DNA from: Octopus vulgaris
Lineage: Eukaryota
DNA: 64,000 nucleotides
Direction: 5' to 3'
Assembly (NCBI GenBank): GCA_951406725.2
Contig: OX597832.1
Location: 44,764,001-44,828,000 of the forward strand
A program made the position numbers and the translations under genes. Positions 13,175-27,667 of this stretch are shown piece by piece. Numbering within the stretch: the first letter of the stretch is position 1; each line of letters opens with the position of its first letter. The notes beneath the pieces were generated by a model. It was not told the DNA's origin. It searched no databases and worked only from the letters and a program-made list of their open reading frames with translations.

Positions 13175-13365
13175 CATATATACATATACATACATACGGC
13201 CAGGCTTCTTTCAGTTTCCGTCTACAAAATCCACTCACAAGGCTTTGGTCAACCTCAGGCTTCAGTAAAAGACACTTGCCTAACCAATGGTGCCATGCAG
13301 TGGGACTGACCCTGGAACCATGTGGTTGGGAAGCAAGGTTCCTACAACACAACCAAGCTTGCGCT
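12925..13365 (-). mobile_element. SINE family A (diverged)
   Basis: Match to family A. Confidence 0.85.
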
Positions 13366-15336
13366 TATAGATTGAAATAATAATTCAGACTCAAATTCTT
13401 CACTGAATATCACGGACAATAAATGAGGAGGTGAAGAACAATTATAAAGGCAAGAAATAATGGTATTTGAACAATTTTTAACTACAATAAAGATTACTCA
13501 AAAACAATACTATATAACAATGAAATAATTTCCATACTGTACAAATAGAAAAAGTACTAAGCTTACAAAGAATAAGTCCTGGGGTCAATTTGTTTGACTA
13601 AAGGTGGTGCTCCAGCATGGCTGCAGTCAAATGACTGAAACAAATAAAAGAATAATATATCTGTATATTTGTATGCAAGCTCCATTATTTTTCCACTATG
13701 AGCACTATTTTCCCATCTTCAGAATAAGTAGTGTAAGCTTATGTAATTGCTACTTCTAAAAAGAGCCACACACACACATACATACACACATCTATACAAA
13801 ACTTCTTCACCCAAAGGAAAGAATTCTGAACTGTTTCTTCAATGTGCATCTATCTCTATGAAAGAAACAGATGCATTTGAAGTAAATGAACAGTGTGCAT
13901 TACTCAGATAACTGCTTTAATATCGCATCAGTTGAAAAGAATCACCATAGGACAGATATATAGGACGACGTTCAAAAGGTTTTCAATAATGCCTGTCAGG
14001 TATGTGTTTCCAAACATGATTTCAGAAACCCCCACAATTCATTGGTTCTTTGTAATATCAATATCTTACTTTTGTATTATCTATCAGTTTCTTCATTCTA
14101 TATGGTGATTGTTAAGCAGGTCAGTCAGTAAATACTGAAATCTTGTCAATTTCTGAAATTTCGTATCAGTTCTTTTGTTTCAAAATTGTTAACACACACT
14201 TGCTCTCCAGATATTTCAAGTTTTAATATCTTTCTTTTGAGTGGAATCATATAGCAGAATGGCGGATTAAATGCTTTGCAGAGGATTGTTATAGACCTTT
14301 AGATTCCAAGTTCAAATCATACACAGTTCATCCTTTTCGTGTTTAATAAAATAGATACATCATCATCATCATCGTTTAACATCTGTTTTCCATGCTAGCA
14401 TGGGTTGGACGGTTCAACTAGGGTCTGGGAAGCCAGAAGGCTGCACCAAGGCTCCAGTCTGATCTGGCAGTGTTTCTACAGCTGGATGCCCTTCCTAACA
14501 CCAACCACTCCGTGAGTGTAGTGGGTGCTTTTTACATGCCACCAGCAGAGGTGCCAGGGGAGGCTGGCAACGGCCACGATCGGTTGGTGATTTTTACGTG
14601 CCACTGGCTCGGAAGCCAGTCAGGGTGGCACTGGCATCGACCATGTATGGATAGTGCTTTTTACGTAACACCAGCACAGGTGCCAGGGGAGGCTGGCAAC
14701 GGCTATGATCGGTTAGTGGTTTTTATGTACCACCGAGGTCAATTAATTTGACAATGCCATCTCCTTCAAATTTGTGACATTTTGCTTAATGAAATCAATA
14801 TCTACCTTACAAGAGAAACAGGTTGGCAAAAGTAATACAGCAATACAACAAAATATATAACACTATTTATCTAACAAATAGGTCATACCAGAAATAGGTG
14901 GGAACACAAATATTTGACAACTCAAAAAGTGTTCATGAGAGCGTGAAGGTTACAGTCAATGATTTGCAAGCTTCTTAACCTCATGGTGACTGTGTTGTTA
15001 AGAAGCTTGCTTCCCAAAGATGCAGTCTTCAGTTCAATTCTACTGCATGGTACCTTATTAGTAGATTTGGTTGATAGAAGCTTAACGAGGCCTGCCATAT
15101 AAGTGTGTGTGTTTGCGTGTGCCCTTGTCTAGACATCACGTGATCGTTTTAAGTGGGCATCATTGTCATACAAGTGAAGTTGTTTATTTTGAGTCTTGTG
15201 TAAAAACAGGTCTAGCTTTAGGGAAATAATACCTTACTTGAAAACAGGTGAGTGGAAGGGAATATGGTTTTATGATAATGTTAGTCTATGGTCTAATAAA
15301 AAGGTATATGACATGAATGTATCAAGTATAGGCATA

Positions 15337-15718
15337 GGCGTGGCTGTGTGAGGCTAAGAAGCCCACTTTGCAACCATGTGGTTTTGGGTTCAGTCCCACT
15401 GCATGGCACCTTGTATAAGTGTCTTCTGTTAAATCCCCAGGTCAACCAGTCCCCCGAGAGTGAATTTGGGAGATGGAAACTGTGTGGAAGTCATATTGCA
15501 TGTGTGTGTGTGTGTATGTGTGTGTGTAAAAGTTTGTGTTTGTTCCCAACACAACTGCTTGACAACTACTGTTGGTTTATGACACTGTGACTTAAGGGCT
15601 CGGCAAAAGGGGATCAATAGAATGAATACCAGACTTCGAAAAATAAATACTAGGATTGATTTCTTCGACCAAACCCTTCAAGGTAGTGGCCCCAGCATGA
15701 CTAAAAGAAGTAAAAGAA
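15337..15718 (+). mobile_element. SINE family A (old)
   Basis: Diverged match. Confidence 0.8.
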
Positions 15719-16687
15719 GTATCAGTATTTTCCTCTATGTTATCTGGAACAGGTACCATCATTTACACAAATTTCTCTAAGGATCAATAGTTTGGAGTCT
15801 CTTTCTATTTCACCATTCTCCAGGTGAGAGAGTGCAAGGAAAAAAAAAACATAGAAAAAGTAGCAATAAAAAAATCCTGATGAGAAAATGATGAATGAAT
15901 AAGTCCCATAAGTGTAAATATATATGTATGTATGTATGTATATGTCCTCGTTTTAAGAAACTAGCAATACAAGGTGAGCTAATGGGAAGTTGTAGTCATG
16001 ACCTGATTCTCATTTAAGTTATTTCACTTCGTTTACATTGCTAATGACCTTGGAAAAGAAATTAATGTCATTACTCTCATTCATATACCATCTTCCCAGA
16101 GTTGATTGTCCATCACTGATTAATGTTCGTCATGAAAGATAGATATTTTATCTGTCATTTAAAATATCTAACATATATTAAATATGCAAATAGTTAAGAA
16201 ATAAAGAAAAAAGAATTAACCACCCATATGCCGATTAAAAAAAAGAACATGCCAGAATTCATAGCATTAGATGTTAAATGGTGAATTAATTAATGTCCAT
16301 TTTAATTAATAATAAAAGGAAAAGGAAAGAGAGAAAGAGGGAAGTCTGCAATTAGTGACAAAAATGAACAGAAATTGGAAGGCTGATTGAACCATGGTAG
16401 TAGGAATAGGGAAAAAAAACGGTTAAAACTTTAGAAATATTTTATAAGAGTTAAAGAACAAGATTTTATTTTTTCAGGATGTACATTAAGGTTTTGAAAA
16501 TAATTAACATTAAAACAAGTAAATGTTATTAATTAAGTGTTATAGTATGTACAGAAAAATGAAATGAATTAAGAACATATGTATGTATGTATATTTTCTT
16601 CTAGTGGCTTCAATCACTGGACTGCATGAAGGCCAAGACACCACCTTCAAGGACTAGTTGATTATATCAACCTCAATTTTTATATAC

Positions 16688-16862
16688 TAACTAGCACTGT
16701 TGACCTGTTGCGGGGTGACTGGGGAAATGTAAAGATGTGCACGACCACCCTTGGACAGTTTTGAATGACCATAGAAAGTGTGAGCCCTCTAACTGAAAAA
16801 TTGTGGATTTGTATAAAAGACACACACACAGACAGACATTTCGCCGTTTATATATATAGAGA
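16688..16862. mobile_element. Possible Helitron/HINE-like non-autonomous element
   Basis: Begins at actagc and ends cacacagacagac...tttatatatatagag, an architecture seen in invertebrate Helitron-derived repeats. Confidence 0.35.
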
Positions 16863-19374
16863 TTGTATTCATTGTTTCTAAAGAACAGCTGAGTTTAGCA
16901 TGGGTAACAGGTATTATATCTCCTTAAGGAATAACCACCACAAGGAATTTACACTGATAGGTAAGATTCAGCATAGTTCAACCTGAGACCAAGGTAGAAA
17001 ATATCAGCCTGTCAGTCCACAAAGTAGGATCAAACTAAACTTCAGAGACCTCACTGTCACACCTGTAAACAATTAAAGGGGACCACTAGGCTGTAGTAAT
17101 AATAGTGTGGGTTCTGAACAAAGTTGTTTTGTCTTCTACTTCTCCAGGTCAAACAGATATCACTGTTGCAATGAATACAGTATGAAATTAGAACCAATTT
17201 TGCAATGAATGTGAAGAACAGAAAAAAAAAATGAACCCGTTTCCCCAACAAATGCCTTAACTCTTTAATAGGAATTCCTTCTTCCCATACACTGATGATC
17301 TCTATACCATCATCATTATTCTTTTTTAAATGCTCAACATTCATTGGGAAACTTTCTGTCCATCTTCAGCTGCAGTGAAGATGTTTCTGTTAATATTTCT
17401 GCCATAAAGCATGCATAAAGCCGTACATCAATGAGTTTATATTACTCTGGAGACATTAGAAAAACAATGAGACATCAAAGACATTGGAAAGCCAAGAAAC
17501 ATTAGAAAACAAAATAATTATTAAAATACTAGAAGTCAGTGCTTCAGAAAATCCTTCAGAAAATCTTTAATACAAAAGAAAACCAGAAGAAAAAATAAAT
17601 AAAAGTAAACATAAAGACAGGCAATTCTTGAGAGATTCAACCTTGAACTTCAAAGTCTTTGAAGTTCAATCATGTCGCATTTAACGCTATTTCACACCTT
17701 ATCCTATCTGTCTGCATGAAATTATTATTATGTTGAGATTGAGATACACTTCAAAATGGTTTGCAAACATAAAAAAAAAAACCTGATATTTCAGAAAGAA
17801 AAACAAAAAATGTAAAATATGAGGTTAATAAATTCATCTGCACAAATTCATTTCTGTCTTAAAAGCCACGAAAGAACCATCTATTATTATTACTCTGCAT
17901 GATGTTTAATAATTAAAATAGACACCTAATGCTCTTTTATATATAATCTTCCCAATTTGATCTCCATTGATTTCACTCCACAATCATTATCAACTTCCAT
18001 ATATAGAAACAGCATTAAGTATTTTAAGTTCAATAAAATTTACAAAATGGTTTTAAAATAAATGGTGAAGTTAATAATTATACCTGACCTTGTGAATAAT
18101 AATTTTGCCTTTTTAACCTGAGGGCAGGCAACTCCAGCATTGATTTAATTAATTCTCTATTTATTTCAGCCTAATTAATCCAGATTAAACTTGACAATTC
18201 CCTGAGCCAGTATGTTATAGTATATGAGGCATGCATTGAGAATACTTAATATTAGAGGTTGTCTGATAATTTTTTTCATGTACTCCTAGTAATATTTTCT
18301 CGAATGAATTTGGAGGTCTTAAGTAATTTCTATATTACAATACTTTAAAATACTCTGAGGGTTTTCTGCTAGAGACATCAGACCCAGTCAGCTGCTTCAA
18401 ATTTTGTTCAAGGAATTTGATCGACACAGGCACACAACAAAGCCTTATTACAATATAAATCTATTAGCAAAGAAAGATTAAAACACTGAAAATCAATACA
18501 ACCGAGCCTAAGTCATGGTAATACAAAAGAAAAATACAAAATACCCCAACCTTATAATTAAAAAATATATATAGCTCTGGTCTTAGACTAAAATATTTTG
18601 CTTCTTGTTATAAAGCATTAACTATGCTCTGTTCAAATTTCCAATATTTCTTTTTTCTTTTAAGATATAAATCAAATGTTGTTTCTGAAACAATGTGAAA
18701 TTTGTCCAAAATGTCAGATTTGTTATCATTCTTCATCTCTTTTCTGTTCGGTTTTTAAAATATACAACCTAAAAATTATTTGTTAGAAATGAAGAAGACA
18801 AGACATTCAAAAGTAAATACAATTTAAGTCATATGTTTGTTTGTTTTTTTGTCTTTCATTCCTTTCTTAGAGAAATGTCAAGTCAATTATAAATTGAGTA
18901 AGTTAAAATAATTCAGAATGAACTAAAATAAAATTTTAGTCAATTCCAAACACCAAGAGTATACTTCCAATAATCTAATATGCTAAAACATTTCCATAAC
19001 TAGGCTTTTCAGATAAATGATTGCAACAAACCATTAGTTTTTATCCTTTTTAAGAGTATAAATGTCCTTTGAAAAGGAAAAAAATCTAGAGTCTAGTTAT
19101 TCAAGGAAGACAAAACATAGATTAGAGATAATTATCAACAACCACTGAAGTGTCTCACCAACATTTTAAACAGGCTTGAGAACATTATTATTATTATTAT
19201 ATATTTATTTTTTGGCACCAATTAAGAGCAGCTTCAATTTTTAATTCAACAATTCTTGTGTTTCAGTTTGAACCATTTCTTTCTTAGTTTCATATTACAA
19301 AATATATCTTACCAACTCTCTAAATTTTGAAGTTCAATTTGTTAGACACATTTATATATGTGTATTTTTTCCTC

Positions 19375-19760
19375 CCTTTTAGTTTGTTTCAACAATTAGA
19401 CTGCGGCCATGCTGGGGCACCACCTCGAATAATTTCTAGTCAAATGAATTGACCCTAGTACTTGTTTTTGCTTTTTTTTTAAAAGCCTGGTACTCATTCT
19501 ATCAGCTTCTTTTACCAAATCACTAAATTATGGGGACATAAACACACCAACACCACTTGTCATGTAGTGGTGGACAAACACACACACACACATACTTGCG
19601 ATGGGCTTTCTTCAGTTTTCTGTCTACAAAATCCACTCACAAGGATTTGGTTGGCCTGAGGCTATAGTAGAAGACACTTGCCCAAGGTGCAATGCAATGA
19701 GATTGAACCCGGAACCATGTGGTTGGGAAGCAAGCTTCTTACCATACAGCCATGCCACCT
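19375..19760 (-). mobile_element. SINE family A (diverged)
   Basis: Match to family A. Confidence 0.82.
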
Positions 19761-19789
19761 ACCATTTTCATTAATTTTCTGTTTACATT

Positions 19790-20260
19790 CTCATGCTTCC
19801 ATAGGCCAGAAGAGGAGTCTTTTCTAACACAGCTTCTCACCATTTCTTGGCTTTCCTCTTCATGAGGTTCACTATTCTCAGACTGACGTTCACCACTTCT
19901 GGCCGTACCTTCCTTGGGCTTCCTCCCCCCCAGTTTCTTTCAACTTGGATCCCTTAGCACTTGTTGACCTATCCGTTCCTTCACCCCTACATCACATGCC
20001 TGCATCAGTGCATTGTTTTATCTCTCACTCTCTCAATCACATCTCACACCTCATCTACACAACATTCCTCTTGCATACTACAAATACACATCCGGCAGAG
20101 CATTCTTGCTTCCCTTCTTCTGACTTCACACATCGTCAGCATTCACTGACTCCATCTCACTACACAGCAGCATTGCAGTTCACATGCAAACAGTGCTTAG
20201 GCTACCCTTTGCTCTCACAGAGAATCCCTTTGTTGTTAGAAGCATTAGCTCCCTGAACAT
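19790..20260 (-). mobile_element. Degenerate LINE (RTE-like) fragment
   Basis: Decayed minus-strand motifs such as RGKPKEG..WxT, with many disruptions. Confidence 0.35.
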
Positions 20261-20647
20261 TCTCTATTTTATTCTTATTCTGGTTACTAAGCTTTCAGGG
20301 CACCTTCCTCAACTGCTGATTAGAAATACCTACACAACAGAAGTTATCAACTACATCTATATACACCCCTCTGAACATTGCAAGGAATCTAATTTACTGG
20401 TACTATTGATGCTTAGCTACTCCTGTGCATTTGCTATATACATATATATATATAATTATTCTACACACAGATATATATTTACATATAATTATTCTGCACA
20501 CACACACACATATATACATATATGTATATATATATATATGTATGTATGCATGTATATATGTATGTATGCATAAAACTGTCCGACAAACGGGAATGTGAAA
20601 CTCCGAGTAACAGGTTTTGTTGAATTTCTGCTGCTTTTAAATAAAGT

Positions 20648-20684
<37 letters not shown>

Positions 20685-21077
20685 TACACGCACACACACA
20701 TACATATTCATATATGTATAATTGTATATAAATATATATATATACATATATATAGATGATTATATTATCATCATCATCATTGTTTAACATCCGCTTTCCA
20801 TGCCGGCATGGGTTGGATGGTTTGACTGAGGACTGGTGAACAAGAAAACTACACTAGGCTCCAATCTGACCAGGCAAAGTTTCTACAGCTTGATGCCCTT
20901 CCTAATGCCAACCACTCCAAGAGTGTAGTTGGTGCTTTTATATGCCACCGGCACGAAGGCCACTCAGGCAGTTCTGGCAATGATTACGCTCAAAAGGTGT
21001 CTTTTATGTGCTACCTGCATGGGAGCCAGTCCGTTGGCACGAGCAACAACATATGTACATATAATTATTCTACACAT

Positions 21078-21145
<68 letters not shown>

Positions 21146-22138
21146 ATGTACAGAAGAGAGTGCAGTGTGTTGCAAGCATCTGGGTCAAGTTTCTAGCTTG
21201 CAGATGTCTTCCTATTTTCCATCCACCAGTCCTAGATTATCTATAAAGGATGGGGGGACCCTGACCATTGCCTTTTCTTCTGACTAAATGGTATATAAAA
21301 AAATAACACCAAAAGAAGCATGAACCCTACAAGCTGCAGTAACTAAGGAAAACTAATAAAGGTAGGGAAACATTATAGTCCTGCCATGGCCAACCATTCT
21401 AGTGCCAGCAAATCAATAAAATACACCCATTCCATACTGCAAAGAGACTGGTGATAAAAAAGGGCTTTCAACCATATAAAAAAGGTTGGGTGGTTTTCTT
21501 CTCTATTGCTGTGCATACTAAACAACGAAGAACCACAATAAGCAGGAAGACAAACCCATACTAACAGAGAAAAACCTATGTGCATATATGTATGCTCAGA
21601 AAAAAGCAAACACACACACACACACACATAAAAATATAAATAAATATTTCATATTGCTTTCAAGGTTTTCTATAAGTAAATGTTTATTAAATAATGTGAT
21701 CAATAAGCCAGCACCTAGTATAGAGAGACTCGTACAATTTCCTTTTATTTTTTTCTCTACATGAATAAATGCCACCAGAGATTATATTAAAATTTCGTTC
21801 CACAAGCTTTAGCTGTGATATTCTCATTGATATAGTACAAAATTATATTTTAGTTGACTTTGTTTTACTACAGCAACCATTTTATTCAGTCAGGAGTGAA
21901 TTGAAAAGGTCGAGTTCAACTCACATTCCACCAGAGCATTTTTTGATTTACATTCATCGAAAACTGAAACAGGAAATTTGAAGTGCTTTAAAATTGCGGG
22001 ATGGATATTTTAGTAATAATTCTCACCATAGGGAAAAGAAGTTATGCAATCCCTTGTACTACTAGAACATTTCTAAGGATATTTGTCTTTAGATAGTCAT
22101 TCAGATAAGGTGATTAATTGACAAGTTGGCAGAATTAA

Positions 22139-22360
22139 CCCTTTCATTACCAACCCGGCTGAAACCGGCTCTGGCTCTGTACTACAAATGTCTTGTTTTT
22201 GTAAGTTTTGAATTAAAACCTTCCACAAAAACCTTGGTCACAATTTATGTTCCTAACACTAGCTGAATGACAACTAAGTTATTTTACTAAATTCTTTGTT
22301 ATATTTAACGTAATTGAAAGAAACACAGAGCATCTCAAAATAAATACAGTAACGAAAGGG
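22139..22360. mobile_element. piggyBac-type MITE, second family
   Basis: TTAA|CCCTTTCATTAC...GTAACGAAAGGG|TTAA. Confidence 0.8.
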
Positions 22361-23261
22361 TTAAGATTGTTGGGTAGGATCCTCATCATCATTGTTTTAA
22401 CATCTACTTTTCCATGCTTGAATAGGTCAAATGGAATTTATTGAGGGAGATTTTTTTTTTTATGGACAGATGCCTTTCCTGTTGCTAACCTTCACCTGTT
22501 CAGACATGCTTTCACGGAAGGTTGAAAATGAAGAACACCACTTGAATGGTGACACATGTTTTACAAATATCATATGATGTCAAAGTAAGGAAATAGATAT
22601 ATATGGGTTTCTTTCAGTTTCAGTCTTCCAAATTCAATTACAAGGTACTGCATTGGAGTTATTTCACTTGGGGTAGTGTGCGTGTGTGTGTGTGTTTTTT
22701 TTTTTTGGGGGGGGGGGTCAGTTCTGGGATCAGTTCTTTTTCTCCTTTCCACTCTCATTTTCTGTGTTCAGTTTTGTTCAGATTTGATGAGTGATGTGTT
22801 TCACCAGGTTTAAAATGTTCAAGATATTTCTATGTTGTGGAGGTGCTTGTTTGACTCCATCAGTAAATGAAAGCCCAAGGAAGGAAGTCTATAATGAGTC
22901 ATAGTTCTTAAAGAAATGGGAATGAGAAATGAAACCAAACCCAGTATTTGACTGGCAAGTCCTATTTAAAAGCACCAAAAAAAAAAAAGGGAGATAAATT
23001 CAATGATGGTGGAATTTAAATCCAGACTGCAAAGTATTTTGTCCTGGCTGCAATTGATTCTGCAAGCCAATGCCCTTTAATAGATTTTAAAATATCAAAA
23101 ATGGATGCTTTTGTTTGGATGTGAGTGGAAATATCTGTAACTATTGAAGCTTATATGAAATATCCTCGAACCAAAATAGTTGATTAATAAATAGAACATC
23201 TTTTGTAGCTGACATTCTTAATTGAGGGGTTAAATGGTTAAAGTTGGGACCTAAAATCATA

Positions 23262-23652
23262 CTCTCTCTTTTTACTTATTTCAGTCATTTGACTGCGGCC
23301 ATGCTGGAGCACCGCCTTTAGTCGAGCAAATCGACCCCAGGACCTATTCTTTATAAGCCCAGTACTTATTCTATCGGTCTCTTTTGCTGAACCGCTAAGT
23401 GACGGGGACGTAAACACACCAGCATCGGTTGTCAAGCAATGCTAGGTGAACAAACACAGACACACATTATATATATATATATATATATACGACAGGCTTC
23501 TTTCAGTTTCCGTCTACCAAATCCGCTCACAAAGCATTGGTCGGCCCGGGGCTATAGCAGAAGACACTTGCCCAAGATGCCACGCAGTGGGACTGAACCT
23601 GGAACCACGTGGTTGGTTAGCAAGCTACTTACCACACAGCCACTCCTGTGCC
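23262..23652 (-). mobile_element. SINE family A
   Basis: Full-length match. Confidence 0.9.
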
Positions 23653-24238
23653 TAAACTATGTCACTACTTTTGAATCTAAATACATCTACAATATCCAGC
23701 GTTAAAAACCTGCTTTTACAACTGACGTGTATGACTTTGGAAAATCCATCAATTCACTGTATGCAGCCAAATAACAATTTTCTCCCTCTCTCTCTCTCTA
23801 TCTATCTATCTATCTCTTTCTTTTCCTCCTTCACTCTTGGATGAACAAACCGGAATCTTCTTCACTCCTCGTGGCAAATGAACTTATTGAACACATCTAA
23901 GAGCTGTTCAATGCACTGGATTCGCTGTTGCTTAGTGCAGATCAGCACCAGTTCACTTGGTTTCCTGATGTTGCCTTATGCAAAGAAAACCTGTTTGCAT
24001 GTGCGTAGGTGGGCTGTAAGTCCATATGCTTTTCTTGTAAAACACTAAGTACAAGACAAAAAAAACAAAAGCACAAGCGAAGAGGACATCAACAGTCAAT
24101 ACTAAACTCCATTAAAATATTTGAGAACTGAGAACATTGGTTGAACATCCAACTATACATTACATTTATAGACAGATCCCCCTACAAATGAAATAATTGG
24201 TTGGTAAGAGATATTCAAGTCATGCCCGAGACTCTTAA

Positions 24239-24459
24239 CCCTTTAGCATTTAAACCGGCCATATCCGGCCAAAACTATTCTGCCTGTTTTATGTTCAAAC
24301 TGGCCAGATCTGGTCTCTCACACCAACCCTACAATATCGTTTTAAAAATTAACAGCTACCTCATCAAAATCTCATAGCTACAAGATAATGCATGATTAGT
24401 TCAAAACAAAGTGGATGAAAAAGCTTTAATTTTGGCAGAATAATGCAAACACTAAAGGG
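24239..24459. mobile_element. piggyBac-type MITE (opposite orientation to 930-1148)
   Basis: TTAA|CCCTTTAG...CTAAAGGG|TTAA, reverse-complement homologous to 930-1148. Confidence 0.8.
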
Positions 24460-24528
24460 TTAAAAGACTAAAAAGGGCCAGCAGTGGACTAAGCGGTGAA
24501 TTTTACATACAGATGAATGTCTGTGAAT

Positions 24529-25116
24529 CAGTGCTTTTCAACCTTTTTGCTGGAGCAGAACCCCAAGAAAACATTCCACTGGCTCGAGGAACCCCTGTGC
24601 AATAATTTAATTGTCTTATGCGCACATATCTGCACAGGAGAATTAAAAATTACTCTCTTACTCTTTTACTTGTTTCAGTCATTTGACTGCGGCCATGCTG
24701 GAGCACCGCCTTTAATCGAGCAACTCAACCCCGGGACTTATTTTTTTGTAAGCCCAGTACTTATTCTATTGGTCTCTTTTGCTGAACCGCTAAGTAAACA
24801 CACCAGCATCAGTTGTCAAGCAATGCTAGGGGGACAAACACAAACACACACATGCATATATATATATATATATATACATATATACGATGGGCTTCTTTCA
24901 GTTTCCGTCTACCAAATCCACTCACAAGGCTTTGGTCGGCCCGAGGCTATAGTAGAAAACACTTGCCCAAGGTGCCACGCAGTGGGACTGAACCTGGAAC
25001 CATGTTGTTGGTAGACAAGCTACTTACCACACAGCCACTCCTGCGATTTTAGCATTTTTGTAACTTCTTGCGGAACCCCTGGACTGTACTGGTGGAACCC
25101 TGGTTGAAAACCACTG
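24529..25116. mobile_element. hAT-type MITE with a nested SINE (about 24653-25045)
   Basis: TIRs CAGTGCTTTTCAACC / GGTTGAAAACCACTG and a perfect 8-bp TSD CTGTGAAT at 24521-24528 and 25117-25124. Confidence 0.85.
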
Positions 25117-26604
25117 CTGTGAATTGTCTTTGGAGTTCTCAAAGAGTTCATCACGTAATCTCCATGGAAACTTCTGTATGACATTGTCATTTCATATTAC
25201 GGAGTTTGTCAAAGAACTGTGGAACAGGTTTTGATAAACGATCTTATGGAGCAGAGTTGAGTGTTGAGGTGAGAGAGTTAACACGGACGGATTTAAGGTA
25301 CTAGTGAACAGAGACGGAACCGAGGTGTGTATTAATCAATATAAAACAATGTCAAACTGACCGAACTTCAAGTGAACTAGAACTAATAACTAAATGGATT
25401 AAAAGATGACAGAGAATCGAGGAAGCTTACTTGATGCAGTAGAAGACAGAGATGGTGGAGCAGCTAGTGATAATGTAGAGGAGGTTGGAGTTTGCTAAGA
25501 ATATTAGAGATTTAGAGTGGTTGCTACTTCTGTAAGTAGCGAATGGTTTATCTCGTGATACCACAGGAAAATTATGTGAAGCATTATTATAATGAATCAT
25601 GGGGAATGAATATAAAGAAATTTATATAATTCATTGGATGTGCAGTGTTAACTGATAAGAATGTTGGAACTCGAGAAACTGAGAAAATTAATTCAAGACA
25701 ACTGACTAGAATAGTTAAGCCTGTGATGTTGGATAAATATATGAAGAGTTGGTGGTAGAAAATATCCAGGGAAAAGTGAGATTAAGAATGAATCAGAGGC
25801 AAAGTAATTAAATCAGAGGTGGAAAACATTAGGTCTTTTGGATGAAGTTTATATAAGATGGAAGTACTCAGAAGAAATCTGTCTAGCAATGCCAGCCAAG
25901 AAAGACAAATGTTAAAATGATGATGACACACACACACACACATATATATACACACACACTCTTATAATAATAATTTAGTATTCTACTACTATGTCAACCA
26001 AACATGTAGCTCAAAACCTATTTTGAGTGCTTTGATTGCTGAACAGAGACAAAACGTTTTCACCGATATTAAATCAATATTTGGAGCTAAATTTAATCTG
26101 GACACAAAATAATTTCTTTTGCTGCTTAAAAAAACACAAATTTGCTGAGTTAATGTCTACACATTTGCTGCATTCCTTACATGATGTAACCTTATTAGTA
26201 GCAGAATTAATAAGTCGCTGACTGAACAAAAAAAGACTAAATTCAACAGAAATAGTGTTAAATGGGGAAGATTTGTTATCAAGACAACTTAAATTGAGTT
26301 TGACAAAAGCATTATTTTTTTTTTTCCTTCTTTAGTCAACTAGTAAACCTTGCAATGAACTCAAAGACTATGGTTTCAAATCTCACTACAAGTAATATTA
26401 TATCTTTAAACAAAGACACTTGTATTAATTTTACCGGATAGGAAATTCCTTTTGATTCATGTGTAAGAAAGTAACATAGTTATGTGATGAGACTATCTTG
26501 TTGATTTTGATATGTAAGGGTCCAACTGCTCAGTCATATATCGCGTAATTGTGTCTATGTCATCAAAGTAACTTTAGATTTACAAACAAAAACCACAAGC
26601 ATAT

Positions 26605-26905
26605 ATAACAAAACAGGAAATTGAAAACTTTTCGGTATTAGTTGTTCACCATTACATATGTTTCATTTGCTAATAGGAATTACAAAGTTTCATATGTTAG
26701 ATGGATATGTAAGGAATTTCCTGTTAAAAATTCTCCAGACAGGGAAATTAAATGATGGTATTTAATTTTTCTTTCTGAAGAATTTCTAATAGGAAATTCC
26801 TGATTATGTCTATCTAACAGGCAAGACTTTGTAGTTCTTATTAGCAAATTAAACATATGTAATAGTGATTAATACCAAAACATTTCCAATTTCCTGCTTT
26901 CTTAT
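26605..26905. repeat. About 300-bp imperfect palindrome (fold-back, MITE-like)
   Basis: Arms 26614-26753 and 26759-26896 are reverse complements at roughly 75-80% identity (by eye) around a loop of about 5 nt. Confidence 0.85.
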
Positions 26906-27667
26906 ACAATAACTTTGCAAATAATATTTCCATAATTCTCAATTTTCAATATCATCATCATCGTTTAACATCCGTTTTCCATGCTAGCATGGGTTGGACG
27001 GTTCGACTGGGATCTGGGAAGCCAGAAGGCTGCACCAGGCTCCAGTCTGATCTGGCAGTGTTTCTACAGCTGGATGCCCTTCCTAACGCCAACCACTCCG
27101 TGAGTGTAGTGGGTGCTTTTTACGTGCCACCGGCACAGGTGCCAGGCGAGGCTGGCAAACGGCCACGATCGGTTGGTGCTTTATTTTGATTAACATACAG
27201 CAACAACTGATACTACATACTGCATAGCAACAAAGGAATAAGTAGAAGTGCTTCAAGAAGAAACAGCTGGGATTAACCATAACTACACACATTCCCACAC
27301 ACACATATCACATATATACACGCAAACACATTTTGGCATCTATTGCTTACAACTAGCTGCAAAGTGGCAATGTAGAATAAAGTGTTCTATTCCAAAACAA
27401 TAAAATGCCAGCCATAGATTTGCACTCACAACCTATGACCAGATGGACAGGCTGTTTAATACACACTCTAGCTGTGAAAAACAGGATGGTCAAAATGAAT
27501 AGAAATATCTGTATTCTTGCCATCTGATATAAGCAGAGTCTCATAAGGAAAGCAATAGTCACTCATACTTCATTTTCAACAGTGCTAGAACTTAACATAT
27601 TGTCCTCAGGCAATATTGTTCTTCAAATTAATATGAAATTTATATTTGACAACCTATCATACATCCG

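Noticed and set aside
17057-17344. Minus-strand ORF MNVEHLKKNNDDGIEIISVWEEG...
   Set aside because: Weak splice signals, in-frame stop just upstream, not Rab6 and not recognisable.
21925-21963. 39-nt in-frame micro-exon candidate (tttcag|...|gtgagt, minus strand)
   Set aside because: It would insert 13 aa into the Rab6 P-loop, and there is no support beyond the splice motifs.
25200-25860. Possible decayed GIY-YIG/Penelope fragment on the minus strand
   Set aside because: Only faint motif resemblance with many stops; it needs a profile search.
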